DNA of 64,000 nucleotides, from positions 140,430,001-140,494,000 of the forward strand of contig OX597817.1 of assembly GCA_951406725.2 (NCBI GenBank), given 5' to 3'. Under the pieces are notes generated by a model. That model was given only the letters and a program-made list of their open reading frames with translations, was not told the DNA's origin and did not search any database. Source of the stretch: Octopus vulgaris. Lineage: Eukaryota. Position numbers and translations under genes: made by a program. Positions 39,289 through 52,298 of the stretch are shown piece by piece (positions within the stretch are counted from its first letter, which is position 1; every line of letters begins with the position of its first letter).

Positions 39289-40247
39289 TATTTTCTTTTA
39301 ATATGGAACGTAAAATTTTATTTGACGTTTATTATTTTCTCTTCACTATTCTTTTTCAAACATACTTTTTTTTACCTACAATCCTATATTCCATTATATT
39401 ATTACTATGTTTGTATATTCATATATTTATATGTCCGTATATATTTTTAATATGCATATATTTTTAAATGCATTTTTAATATATCATATATTTTTGGGAC
39501 AATTTTTATTTTAATTAAATCCGTATACATATGTATTCATTGTAGTTTGCCTGCGGGATGAAAAACAAAACCCGTCAAAGGGCGGAGGAACTCTTGAGAG
39601 TCAACGGCCATCCAATAAATGTCTTAAGGCTGTATCATGCGCGGAGACATAGAAATAATCGGACTGAATACCCGATCACGTGATAAAACCATTGGGAGTG
39701 AAGTACTCGTAGCCTTTGTTAGGGCATCCTTCTAGGAGAGGGTAACTCAGGTAACTGGGATAACTCCGACATAAAACCTACGGCTCAGTGGTCACCGATG
39801 AAGTTGACTTGTTCTTCTTTTCGGATTATGGCTGCTGTTGCTTAGTGAGTGGGATTGACTCAGTGCACAGCCTTTCTTCACTTTAAAAAATGTCTTCTTG
39901 CACAGGCATTGCAAGATAACATTGATTAAGCTTCGTGCAATGGCCATACTCGATAACGAGGGGGAAGCCACCATGTACGTATGTATGACACTTGACCCAG
40001 GTGCTATATATAATTGTCCGACGAGAGTTCATAAGGCAGAAAGAAAGAGCAGGCACATTAAAAGATAATAGAGTGAATATATATAATTTCAATGTTATAA
40101 AGTTGTATAGACGACCAATTTGTTTCCGGGCGGTTTCATATTGGATTAATCTGCTTAAGAGAAGAACGGTTAAATAATCATCAAAGCTGATCGGTCTGAA
40201 CTCTTTTTTGTCGAAGGTATGAAAGAATACATTCGGTCGTTGCTTGC

Positions 40248-40296
<49 letters not shown>

Positions 40297-41789
40297 GTAT
40301 ATATATACATATACATATATATACACATATATATATATATACAAATGTATATATATACATATACATATATATACACATATACATATATATACACATATAC
40401 ATATATAAGAAAACGTACGTTAAAACGAAGAAAAATTATTATTGAATTTTCTCCTCTTCGGGAAAATAATTTAATATGAAACCTTCCGATGGTACTCTAG
40501 CCCTATATAAAGCTTAATTTATAATACTAGAGATGATCTCTTTTATAAGATGTTCAAAATAGCACCCATTATGATTTTTTTGGGGGAGCAAGATTCGTGG
40601 AATGCTGTTATTGTCCATTAAGTCAGTCAGTAGTATTACTGCTAGTTATTTTATCAGCATCAAAAGAATGGAATCCAAAGCATGACGCGAAATAGATTTC
40701 AAATTCTAGCAATATATCCACGAAACAGCAGCATCAATCGATCCAATTTAGGAATGGTTTGCATTCGAAACAGAATAACAAAACTAAACGCTTCTCTTGT
40801 GTTTCTGAATCTTTATTCAGTTAATTGTCTTGGAGTAAAAAAAAATCTACAAAATAATGTAACATTAGCCGTATAACTGGAGAGAATTTCAGGCTAGAAC
40901 AGACGACGGGTTTACAGACGACTCCAAATCAGCTTGGTGAAGCACCAATCTGATTGTCATAATTTGTATCAATTTAATGAAAACAACTAATTACTAGATT
41001 TTCAGCTTCATTATGGCTGTAAAAATAAACTCTACAGAATTCAATCAACGTTTTCTGTTCATTCTTAGCACCAAATATATTACCTTTGTCTGATCATTTT
41101 TTTGTTTTTGCTTGTACTACTGGTTTTGTTTTATATATTTAGTATGGCTGATTGTCACTGAAGTACGACTGTATATTTCTGTCTTTTGCGTGCTTCTTTA
41201 TCAGAAAATTCCCTGAGAAGCGTAAATCACTGATTTGTCGAATTGTGAAAGTCCGTATTTAGCTATATCTTCAGAGTTGCGTTTCTGACAAAGTTTAATT
41301 TCCATCTGTCCATTCCACCAGACTATAAATAGGTCCCACAGCATGTTAGTGGTCAGTCACATCAGATAATTAGCTTTCAATCTGTCCACTCCACCGAGCA
41401 ATAACGAAGTACCACAATAGTAAAGTCTGTGGTGGTGGAGTAGTGTAGGGGTAAGTAAATGGCAAGGCGTGCCCTTTTAGTGTATATCTATTTCTATTTC
41501 TTTACTACCCACAAGAGGCTAAACACAGAGAGGACAAACAAGGACAGACACACAGATTAAGTCGATTACATACGTAGTCACTAGTCCTGCTAAAAGCGGT
41601 AGCCATATCTTCCTTGAATCACAGCCTACAATTTCATATGATAGGTAAGGTACATACGATAATGTAATGTTTGATATCGAGTAACAAGAGAATAATATGA
41701 AATACGTTTGTCCGTAGGTTTGTTGGACAGTTGCTAGCCCCATGCTTACGCTAGAACGACATATAAAATAGACGTTTTACCTCTCACCA

Positions 41790-42215
41790 GGATCTTTTCG
41801 GTTTCAACGGCAGTTTTTCTAGCGGTGTCATATGAAATTGTCACCCGTAATTATGACCCTAGTATCGATCTATTGCATTTCAATCTGTTTCAGGGTTAGG
41901 GTTAGTTAGGGTTAGGCGTGGGGGAAGGGTATCTTTTTTTCTTCAGAAATGAAAATAAACCCAATCTGTTTCTTAAACGAGGGACATATTCATACGGCAC
42001 AGAATGTTCTCACCTCAATAGACGTCATTGATTGGTTGAAATTGTAGAAATTGAAGAAGAAAGACAACAAATATCTTACAAACTATAGAATTTTCTCAAT
42101 AAGGCGAAGAGAAAAATATGTTTTATGAACACATTTTACCAGTATACGAAGTTTAAAAGTGTTTAGTTACGCGGAAATTATTTTTAAAAACTTGCCAGTC
42201 AAACCGAAAAGATCT
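41790..42215. mobile_element. 426-bp MITE / non-autonomous DNA transposon
   Basis: TIRs GGATCTTTTCGGTTTCAACGGCAGTTTTT / AAAAACTTGCCAGTCAAACCGAAAAGATCT; 8-bp TSD TCTCACCA at 41782-41789 and 42216-42223. Diverged right-half relative at ~58236-58432. Confidence 0.85.
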
Positions 42216-42953
42216 TCTCACCATACTGTTTTAAGGAGGGTGTAGACGGGGGAGGGGAAAGAATCCCAAAATGTTTTTTTAGTACTTTAGCAGAAGTAAT
42301 TAGAGTGAATTGGTAACAGCTGAGAACGAAAACGACGAGCGACCTCGATTTAACTAGAGCGGGCTTCTTTATCTATGGCACACGCAACCCTAGATAATGC
42401 AATATTGATGCTCAGCTGTAGATCACGCCACTCTCTCAGAATGACATTTCTATCCCATACAAAGACACCTGGCTTCTAACATAAAATTTGTAAAACGATG
42501 TAGGCCAGAGATTATCAGCGGATTCTATATACCGCAACACCTGTTGTACTTCACAATAATAACTTATTCCCGTTAAATACTTCGCTATTGTACATTATAG
42601 AAATGAAATTTTATACATACATACATACATACATAGATACATACATACATACATACATAAATACATACATACATACATACATACAGACATGCATACGTAC
42701 ATACATACATACATACATACATACATACATACATGCATGCATATATATAATATATACAAATACATGCATATATAGTAAGTTCACAAATATATATACACAC
42801 ATATATATACACCGACCAGGGTATCAGATGTTGCTACACATCGCTGGTCACAATGCGCTTCACATTGTTTTAGGTTTCAAATGACGCCACCCCGCTGGCT
42901 AAGCGATCAGACCAGTATATATATATATATAGATATAGATATGTGTATGTATG

Positions 42954-43037
<84 letters not shown>

Positions 43038-43077
43038 CAGACACACCTACAGACACACACACATACGAGAGAGAGAG

Positions 43078-43114
<37 letters not shown>

Positions 43115-44388
43115 GAGTGTTTACGACATAGTATCTTCCCCTAACGTTCGCTTTCCACTTATCCAGGATTTGGGGAGCCATATTTAGTAACTTTTCCAAA
43201 CTGTAATTTGATTTGCTGCCGCGATTAGAATGAAATATAGCATCTAGAATTTTCTTCTCTGAATATAAAGTTCGTTATTTTTGTTGTTGTTTAAATCTAG
43301 GTTACTCCTAAACCAGCCGATTTGTATTCAAAGTTAATTAATTTGTAGCTATTAAATAACTCGTACCCAGCTAGTCTTTCGCCATAAACGAACTCGAAAA
43401 ATTACCCGTCTCTTTTCCAGACAATTTTATCTAATGTATTCTTCGGTTTTTAAAGACGGTTGTGTGATTTAGGGCGATCTGTTATTTCTAACATTTTTAG
43501 CGACCCCATAATAATTCCCTCTTCGGCTCCACTCAGGGATGGCCAAAGCTGATGATCACTAAATTGTCTTTGTATATCGTTAAGTATTTTATTTTATCGC
43601 TCTGTCAACGGAACAAACAGTTGTTTGGGCAATCTCTGAAAGACACTTCCATATTTGATCAGTTTTGTAGTACTGCTATCATTTAAGCTACGGCTTATAC
43701 CAACCGATAAGACCTCGATATACACCTGGAGCTGACGACAGAGGACACCCTATCTGCTAGAGATAGAGGAAATGACACTCAGAAAATCCGCAGTTGATTG
43801 TTGTACATGATGATGATGACAATGTTTCCTCTTCAGCTGCTTGTCGGATAGTCCATCTCTGCCCAACCCCCAACCAACCAACCAGCTAAACAACACTCTC
43901 CCCAACCGCTCAAGTTATGCCGAGAACAATACATAATGACATGAATACAAAATCACTTATTAATGTCTAAAGAGGACCAAGAGCTGCTGCAAGACTTCAC
44001 ACCGAAGCTAATGAGGCTGAACCAAGTCAGACAGTTCTTTCACAATTCCACCCACCCTTTGAATCTGGTGCCATCATCTTAGTTGAAGTTCTTGCATTTG
44101 GTTTTAATCTTTGAGGAATTTCCCTTAAGAAATGTTATCAGAATCGCATTAACAGTGCAGCCAGAACATGGCAGAATGGTTCTGGAATAAATGTGCAATC
44201 ATAGAGTTCTTGGCTTCAAAGTAGGAATAAATTCCACCATTTTACCATTTCCCAAATCCCACACCATTTTTACGCACACACACACACACACACATACACA
44301 CACACACACACATACACACACACACATATATATACATACATACACACACTCACATATATATTCATATGTATGTATGTATGTGTATGTA

Positions 44389-44439
<51 letters not shown>

Positions 44440-45929
44440 GTATATACATGTGTATGTATGTATATATACATATTTGTATATGTTTATATAAAAATATACA
44501 TGTATATACATACACACACACATACACATATATATACACTTATATATTCATATAAACGCGCACACATATCCAGAGAGAGGAAGGTTTTTTTTTGTTTTGT
44601 TCTTCCTTTTCCTTCTTCCATTTTACATATTTCGTTGTCTGGCAAATTTCCATGGCAACCATCAAACCGGCAGAGAATTGTTCAATGGAGCATTTTAATG
44701 AGCAGATTCTTCAAGCAAATAATCATTCACTGATGGGAGAATCTCTCCTTCTTTTTCGTCTTTTTGAGACTTTTTATTCAATTTCCATTCTATATGTTCG
44801 GTCGTATTTAAATGCATTGAGGTTAAATTTTACTTCTTTGTTTGCCGGAATTGCTGTTGTTGTTGTCCTTGTTGTTGTTGTTTAAAAGTTTGCAAATATA
44901 TTTTTTTCTTTTTCAGTTGATTGAAAACCAATTTCGATCAACGAACCCGTGTCTTTATTACTTCTTCACGCTCCACTGAACTTTAATAATTTTATAATAC
45001 CGCTTTCATCGTTGTAGAAAATACTTATAATGGCTTTATAATATACTTTGGTTTTTCTTTCATAACCATGTAGAATATAGTTATACTCTATAGTCTGACC
45101 GCTTGTAATGTCGTAGAGATGCGTGATTAGGTGTTCATGTATTGGAGAAATTTATCACATATTAAAATTATTCACCTCTAGATATCACCGACTAATACAT
45201 TTATGCGCGGTACATATGAATTTACGGATATGAGGGTGGATGCCGCTGTGTGTGTGTGTGGGGGGAACACTAGATTACTTAAAGTGGGTTTGTGAAATAC
45301 TTCAACCTGTATAGGCAGTTATCGTGTAGAAAAAAGTTCTCGCTTATGGTAAAAAGTGTAAAAGTACCATATCTGCTCAGTGTCTTCCCCCTAGCGGACT
45401 CTCTGACGCGTTTCTGGCTTTTTAGCTTTCCTCATTCGGAGAGATTTGTGCATACAGAAATATATCGTACAAGCATAGGCAAGAAGGCTTTAAAAAATGG
45501 CACAATAGGGAGTGAGAAATGAATATGCGATTTATTAAGTTACTTTTTAGCTACTGACCCCCCAAATAGGAAGATCTGAAAACAGATCTCAGACTTGCTT
45601 TGGAGAATCTGTTGCAATTGCTTCTTCCAGAGTCATATCCCAATGATGATCATATTCGTCGCAAAAAAATCTGGTAAAAAAATCGGAGAAAATATATCTC
45701 TAGATTTCGCAACTAATTTCGATTATTCCCAAAATATATTTCCAAGTTATAAAAGTTGTTATCGTACAAAAAAGTTCGTCGCAAAAAAAAAAAAAAAAAT
45801 ACACGTTAAAATTCGCCGAAAACAATCGCAGTATTGAAAACTTAGGAATCCCAAATTTCAGGATTGCCGGCCCGAACTCGGCCCGGAATACTTTTACTTT
45901 ACTCACGGAGTTGGTCTCATTCCAAAATG

Positions 45930-45938
45930 GTATATATA

Positions 45939-45999
<61 letters not shown>

Positions 46000-46146
46000 C
46001 ACATATATATATATATATACACATATATATATATATATATACACACACACATATATATATGTACATATATACATATATATATATACACACATATATACAT
46101 ATATATAAACATATATACATATATATATATACATATATATATAAAC

Positions 46147-46205
<59 letters not shown>

Positions 46206-46250
46206 GATATATATATACATATATATATATATACATACATATATATATAC

Positions 46251-46303
<53 letters not shown>

Positions 46304-46513
46304 TATGTATACATATATATACATATATATATATATGTATACATATATATATAAATATATATATATATGTATACATATATATATATATATGTATACATAT
46401 ATATACATATACATATATATATACATATATATATACATATACATATATATATACATATATATACATATACATATATATACATATATATACATATATATAT
46501 ATATATATACATA
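45930..46513. repeat. Long (TA)n/(TATACA)n microsatellite
   Basis: Directly visible. Confidence 0.95.
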
Positions 46514-47458
46514 TAACTTAGAATAACTTAGAAAGGTTTTGGCCAGTATTGGCCCAGGCCATGTCTAACTTAATAGCACCACCTGGTGAAGTCTTTCAGT
46601 TCAGGATTTGGGCACCAAGGCCCATTCGAGCAGAGAGTTATTGTTTGCGGAGACATATCCGGGTGTGGGTGGTTTGTCCGGTACTGTTTGAAGGAATTTG
46701 TCCAAAGACTTCTTGAATTTTGTGTGGTCAGTTTCTTTTTTGACGTGCTCTGGTGTAATGTTGAAGAGAGCAGGTCCAATTGAGGTGAAATAGTTGTGCC
46801 GTATTGTCGTTATGTGATGCGATTTAGATTTTTGTTGTGGACGGATGGCACGTGGTCCAAGCATTGGATGCATTTTGAAGGTGATGCCAACATCATTCGG
46901 ACAGTGCTGGTGGAATATTTTCCACATCATACAGATAATGTAGCGTTCACGGCGTCGTTGGAGTGAATACAATTTCAGCTTCTCTAGTCTACCCCAGTAG
47001 TCAAGGTCTGACATGCCATCTATCTTTTTTGTGGTTGACCTTTGGGGAGCTTCAATTCTCATAATATTTTGTTTTGTGTAGGGAGACCACAGTGGACAGC
47101 AGTATTCAAGGTGGGGTCGGGCAAAAGTGGAGAAGAGAAGGATAATAGCGTGGGAATCTCTCGACTGGAAGGTTCTGAGAATCCAGGAACACATTCTGCG
47201 GGCCATGTCAACTGCTTATATGTGTAGCCCAGCTTATGTTGTTGTCCACTGTTACTCCCAGGTCTCTGATGTTGTTGGATGCCATGAGAATTTCTCCAGA
47301 AGGAAGAGAGTATTGGAGTTTCAGAGCGTCCTCCCTTCCAAAGTGGATCAGTTCAAATTTGTCTTCATTTAGCAACATGTTATTCTTTTCCGCCCATTGG
47401 ACAACAGCCAGTAGGTCTGACAGAAGGTTTATTCGGTCATCCACGCCATTGATGACCT
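46514..47458 (-). mobile_element. 5'-truncated CR1/L2-group LINE copy
   Basis: ORFs 47444-47208 and 47206-46601 (one frameshift) align to ORF2 from ~51350 to the stop. Same 3' UTR; tail (TTCTAAGTTA)2; embedded in (TA)n. Confidence 0.92.
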
Positions 47459-47480
47459 ACATATATATACATATATATAC

Positions 47481-47512
<32 letters not shown>

Positions 47513-47664
47513 ACATATATATATATACATATATATACATATATATACATATATATACACACACACATATATATATAAATAGATAGATAGATAGGTAGAT
47601 ATAGTCATTTAAAATAAACAATTCAAATAAGCGAATAAAAGACAAAAAGAAACCGAACGTGAGG

Positions 47665-47703
<39 letters not shown>

Positions 47704-48073
47704 TATGTATGTATGTATCTATGTATCTATGCATGTGTATATGTATGTATGTATGTATCTCTGTATCTATGTATGTGTATATATATATGTATGTATATAT
47801 GTATGTGTATATGTATGTATATATGTATGTGTAAATATATGTATGTATATATGTATGTGTATATATATATATGTATGTATATATGTATGTGTATATATAT
47901 ATGTATGTATATATGTATGTGTATATATGTATGTATGTATATATGTGCATATATGTATGTATGTATATATGTGTATATATATAAGTATGTATGTATGTAT
48001 ATATGTATGTGTATATATACGTGTATATATGTATATATATATGTGTATATATATATGTATACATGTATATATG

Positions 48074-48116
<43 letters not shown>

Positions 48117-48170
48117 ATATATGTATGTGTATATATATATGTGTATAAATAGGTATGTGTATATATATAT
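47459..48170. repeat. (TA)/(TATG) compound microsatellite between the two LINE copies
   Basis: Directly visible, with a short unique island at ~47600-47665. Confidence 0.9.
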
Positions 48171-48309
48171 CGAAGTATCTTTCAAACTGATAAGAGGCCA
48201 TTATGAAAAGCTTCTACATATTTTCACAGTTCAAGAACAACAACAGCTAGAAAATCAGCAGCCACAACAACAACAACAACAGAATGAGCCACTCCTGGTT
48301 CCCAGCACA

Positions 48310-49101
48310 ATGGCTGACCCTGACATCGGTCAGGCACAACAACAACAACAACAGCCACAGCAACAAGAACAACAACAGCCACTCCTCAACTCTAGCTTAC
48401 TAGACGATTCACTAAATGCCAGTATCTTTTCACCGCTCTCACAGCAACCACCACAATTATCATCATCATCATCACCACCGCTGCCACCATCGTCTTCTAT
48501 CACCAAAAATACCAACAGAAAACCAAATAAGAAACCACTGCCCTCTTCCCCCACATCACCACCTCAATACTACTGCAGTAACAAAAACTTAAAGAAACAT
48601 AGGAAGCAGAATGCGCCCCCCACGGCACAAACAAGAAATCCCCAAATATGCCGCTATTCACTGCGCCAGAGACTCTGCACAAATAGTGACTGCATCTTCA
48701 CGCATCTACCCGGCACTAGACGCACTACCGGCCAAGGCCAAAGCACGCATCCCACAATAACATCAACACCACCAAATAGTAAATCGAAATTCAAAACACA
48801 CACAACTCGGAGTCCCAAAATCTGCCGGTATTCCCAACGTGAGAGAACATGTCTACTGAGTGACTGTCCCTTCACTCATCTTCCAGGGACCCGACGCACA
48901 AACAGAAACGGGGCCTCAAGCCAACACACAAACCTGAATAACAATAAAAATAGAAACACACCATGCTGCAGTAATGCTGGTCCAGTCTTTTCAGGAAGAC
49001 ACAAAAACAACAACAACAAAAGTGGAAACTACAACCCTATCCAACAATGCAACCACACCTCCAGCCAAAAACTGCTCCCTAAGCAGGAAAATTCTTTTTA
49101 G
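48310..49101 (+). CDS. LINE ORF1: polyQ/Ser-Pro-rich protein with two CCCH zinc fingers
   Basis: Two repeats ICRYS.R.R.C..SDC.FTHLPGTRRT (C-x8-C-x4-C-x3-H). First ATG outside the microsatellite is 48310, but the frame is open back to 48171, so the element may be 5'-truncated. Confidence 0.7.
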   Translation: MADPDIGQAQQQQQQPQQQEQQQPLLNSSLLDDSLNASIFSPLSQQPPQLSSSSSPPLPPSSSITKNTNRKPNKKPLPSSPTSPPQYYCSNKNLKKHRKQNAPPTAQTRNPQICRYSLRQRLCTNSDCIFTHLPGTRRTTGQGQSTHPTITSTPPNSKSKFKTHTTRSPKICRYSQRERTCLLSDCPFTHLPGTRRTNRNGASSQHTNLNNNKNRNTPCCSNAGPVFSGRHKNNNNKSGNYNPIQQCNHTSSQKLLPKQENSF

Positions 49102-52100
49102 CCATGTTGAACATGGCAAAAGAGATACACAAAAACATTCTAGCCATCACTCAACACCATCCTATGCTATTACCCCAGTGCACCAATTCCCCACATTGCT
49201 GCCACTAACACACACAAAAAATCCAAGCCCCCTGCAACAGTCAAAACCAGCCACTACACTAACCTCCACATTCCTACTCAATGCACAAGGTGTCAGCCCT
49301 TCCATCAATGCACAAAAATGGAAGGTCCAATTCATTGAAGACTGGGTTGGTAACCATTCACACCACATCCCTTTCTTCATTCTCACTGAGACCCACCTTG
49401 ACAACTCCCACTTGGAAGCCGAAGTGAGAGTGAAGAATTTCACAACCATCCGCGCGGATCGTATCGGCAGGAGGAAGGGTGGAACTGCCATTTTCCTGCA
49501 TGATTCATTTACGGCAGATGGAAATAGTATATTCTCCAACGGCTACTGTGAATCAGTCACCGTGCACAACAAAGCCAATGATCTGACAGTAATTGGGCTC
49601 TATAGGCCGCCCCAAACACCCATACTGTGCTTTAAAGAATGCCTCAACAGCATTAAGTGCTTTATTCAACAGTGCCATTCTAGCAACATACTCATGATGG
49701 GAGACTTCAATCTACCCTGTGTTGACTGGACTACAAACTGTTTGAAACCAAGCACTCCCGCCTCAACCGCTGACAAAGAAGCAGCAGAGTCACTTTTCGA
49801 CTTTACGAATGAGTTTTTCTTGTCCCAACTTGTCCTTGCACCAACAAGACATCAGAACATTTTGGACCTAGTGTTTAGTAACCACACTAACACTATACAT
49901 AACGTTACAGTGGAAAAAACCCTTCTTTCAGACCATGACATGGTTCTCTGTAACATGAAATTCCACCAGCCGAAAGCTAATCCTAGTGACCTTCCTCCAG
50001 CCCACCCATTTGACAACATGGATCTCCATAAAGCCAACTGGGATGCAATCAGGAACGAGCTATCAAATGTTGACTGGTCCTTTACACATACACACATCTC
50101 CACCAACCATAAAACATCTTGGCAGATCTTTGTAGACACCGTCACAGACATATGTGCAAAACACTCCCCACCAAGACCTGTGAACAAAAAGTGCAGAATC
50201 CCCCAAAACAGAAAAACCATTATCAGAAAAATAAAAAGAACAAACAAAAAAATTAACAAACTAAAGTACTGCCAACAGCAACACACACATTTGACGGCTA
50301 TCGCACTGCTTGAATCCAAAAAATATAACCTCCAACAATGCATGAAGTCCCTCATCAATAACCAAAGATCAGCTGAGGAGAAGTGGGCCATTGAAAAAAT
50401 CAAACTCAACCCCAAAGTGTTCTTTTCATTTGCGAGGAAACGCAGGGTCACTGTCTCCACTGTAGGCCCTCTAATTGACGAAACTGGCACTCTCCAAGAT
50501 AATGCCAAATCCATGGCCGAGATACTGCAGAAACAATACTGCTCTGTTTTCAGCAATCCTGATATGGCCGATCTGGGCTGTATCAGTGATGTCAACCCCC
50601 AACACACTATATCGGACATAACGTTTAGTGCCCCTGATGTCTTAGCGGCGATAAACGAAATAAAACACAATTCAGCAGTAGGCCCCGATAGGTTCCCTGC
50701 TTGTGTCCTGAAGGTGTGTCGACACCAACTTGCATCTCCCCTTGCTAATCTGTGGAGAAACTCACTGGATGCTGGCTATATTCCAAAAAACCTTCTGTCC
50801 CAGTCTGTTGTCCCAGTTTTCAAAAAGGGAAACAAGTCCCTTGCAGTGAATTACCGTCCGATCTCACTCACCTCTCATATCATCAAGGTATTTGAGAGGG
50901 TGGTGAGATCTCAAATAACCCAATTTCTGGAAAGCAACAGACGGCTGATCTCCAACCAACATGGGTTCCGTAATGGAAGGGACTGCCTAACGCAGCTCCT
51001 GCATCACTTTGAGGACATTTTGAGAGCTTTGGGAGAGGGCTCCAACACCGATGTCATCTACCTTGATTTCAGTAAGGCCTTCGACAGGGTCGATCACAAG
51101 ATCCTATTGAAAAAACTATCCAACATTGGTGTCTCTGGAAAGTTACTGAAATGGATTAAGTGTTTCCTGACAGACAGATCTCAACATGTTGTAGTTGAAG
51201 GGGTAAAATCAAGCCCAGCCAAAGTCAGTAGTGGCGTTCCGCAAGGCACTGTGCTGGGCCCACTTCTTTTCATCATTTACATTAATGACATTAATGACAT
51301 CATCAAGCACAGCAACATAAAAATCTTTGCAGATGACTCCAAGCTACAGAAGGTCATAAATGAGGCGAGTGACCGGACATGCCTTCAGTCAGATCTACTG
51401 GCTGTTATCCAATGGGCAGAAAAAAACAATATGCTGCTGAACGAGGATAAATTTGAGCTAATCCACTTTGGAAAAGAGGATGCCCTGAAACTCCCATACT
51501 CCCTTCCTTCAGGTGAAACTCTCGCGGCGTCCAACAACATCAGAGACTTGGGAGTAATTGTGGACAACAACGTAAGCTGGGCCACTCATATAAACACCAA
51601 AGTTGACATGGCCCGCAGAATGTGTTCCTGGATTCTCAGAACTTTCCAGTCGAGAGATATCCACACCATTATCCTTCTCTTCTCCACTTTTGCCCGACCC
51701 CACCTTGAATACTGTTGTCCACTGTGGTCTCCCCACACAATACAAGGTATCATAAAAGTCGAAGCACCTCAAAGGGCAATCACAAAAAAGATAGATGGCA
51801 TGACAGGCCTCGACTATTGGGGTCGACTAGAAAAGCTAAAACTCTATTCTCTCCAACGTCGTCGTGAGCGCTACATCATCTGCATGATGTGGAAAATATT
51901 CCATCAGCATTGCCCAAATGATGTTGGCATCACCTTTAAGGTACATCCAAGGCTTGGGCCCCGTGCCATCCGCCCAAAACAAAAATCGCACTCGCATCTC
52001 ATAACAACAATACGGCACAATTATTTCACCTCAATTGGCCCCGCTCTCTTTAACATTACACCAAAACACATTAAAACAGAAACTGACCCTATAGGGTTCA

Positions 52101-52213
52101 AGAAGTCTTTGGACAGATTCCTTCAAGAAATCCCGGATAAACCCCCTACACCCGGATATGTCTCTGTAAACAATAACTCTCTACTTGAGTGGGCCATAGT
52201 GCCCAAATTCTGA
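48974..52213 (+). CDS. LINE ORF2: APE endonuclease plus reverse transcriptase (1079 aa)
   Basis: APE motifs LNAQG, TETHL, YRPP, GDFNLP, LDLVF, SDH. RT motifs YRPISLTS, QHGFR, DFSKAFD, GVPQGTVLGP, FADD. CR1-like C-terminal RPHLEY and LYSLQRRR. True start uncertain. Confidence 0.95.
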   Translation: MLVQSFQEDTKTTTTKVETTTLSNNATTPPAKNCSLSRKILFSHVEHGKRDTQKHSSHHSTPSYAITPVHQFPTLLPLTHTKNPSPLQQSKPATTLTSTFLLNAQGVSPSINAQKWKVQFIEDWVGNHSHHIPFFILTETHLDNSHLEAEVRVKNFTTIRADRIGRRKGGTAIFLHDSFTADGNSIFSNGYCESVTVHNKANDLTVIGLYRPPQTPILCFKECLNSIKCFIQQCHSSNILMMGDFNLPCVDWTTNCLKPSTPASTADKEAAESLFDFTNEFFLSQLVLAPTRHQNILDLVFSNHTNTIHNVTVEKTLLSDHDMVLCNMKFHQPKANPSDLPPAHPFDNMDLHKANWDAIRNELSNVDWSFTHTHISTNHKTSWQIFVDTVTDICAKHSPPRPVNKKCRIPQNRKTIIRKIKRTNKKINKLKYCQQQHTHLTAIALLESKKYNLQQCMKSLINNQRSAEEKWAIEKIKLNPKVFFSFARKRRVTVSTVGPLIDETGTLQDNAKSMAEILQKQYCSVFSNPDMADLGCISDVNPQHTISDITFSAPDVLAAINEIKHNSAVGPDRFPACVLKVCRHQLASPLANLWRNSLDAGYIPKNLLSQSVVPVFKKGNKSLAVNYRPISLTSHIIKVFERVVRSQITQFLESNRRLISNQHGFRNGRDCLTQLLHHFEDILRALGEGSNTDVIYLDFSKAFDRVDHKILLKKLSNIGVSGKLLKWIKCFLTDRSQHVVVEGVKSSPAKVSSGVPQGTVLGPLLFIIYINDINDIIKHSNIKIFADDSKLQKVINEASDRTCLQSDLLAVIQWAEKNNMLLNEDKFELIHFGKEDALKLPYSLPSGETLAASNNIRDLGVIVDNNVSWATHINTKVDMARRMCSWILRTFQSRDIHTIILLFSTFARPHLEYCCPLWSPHTIQGIIKVEAPQRAITKKIDGMTGLDYWGRLEKLKLYSLQRRRERYIICMMWKIFHQHCPNDVGITFKVHPRLGPRAIRPKQKSHSHLITTIRHNYFTSIGPALFNITPKHIKTETDPIGFKKSLDRFLQEIPDKPPTPGYVSVNNNSLLEWAIVPKF

Positions 52214-52298
52214 CTTGAAAGACTTCACCAGGTGGTGCTATTAAGTTAGACATGGCCTGGGCCAATAATGGCCGAAACCTATCAAAGTATCAAAGTAA

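Noticed and set aside
43690-44885. Unique-looking sequence that might hold host exons
   Set aside because: No sustained ORF or recognisable domain; small exons cannot be excluded without RNA-seq.
47659-48170. N-terminal ~170 aa of the 480-aa ORF
   Set aside because: Microsatellite read-through; the LINE-derived part starts at ~48171.
46514-48171. Twin-priming origin for the inverted CR1-like pair
   Set aside because: Both copies have their own 3' end and tail and are clearly diverged, so they are separate insertions.
49162-50670. Antisense ORFs (125 aa and 272 aa) within the LINE
   Set aside because: Shadows of ORF2 codon usage; no recognisable motifs.
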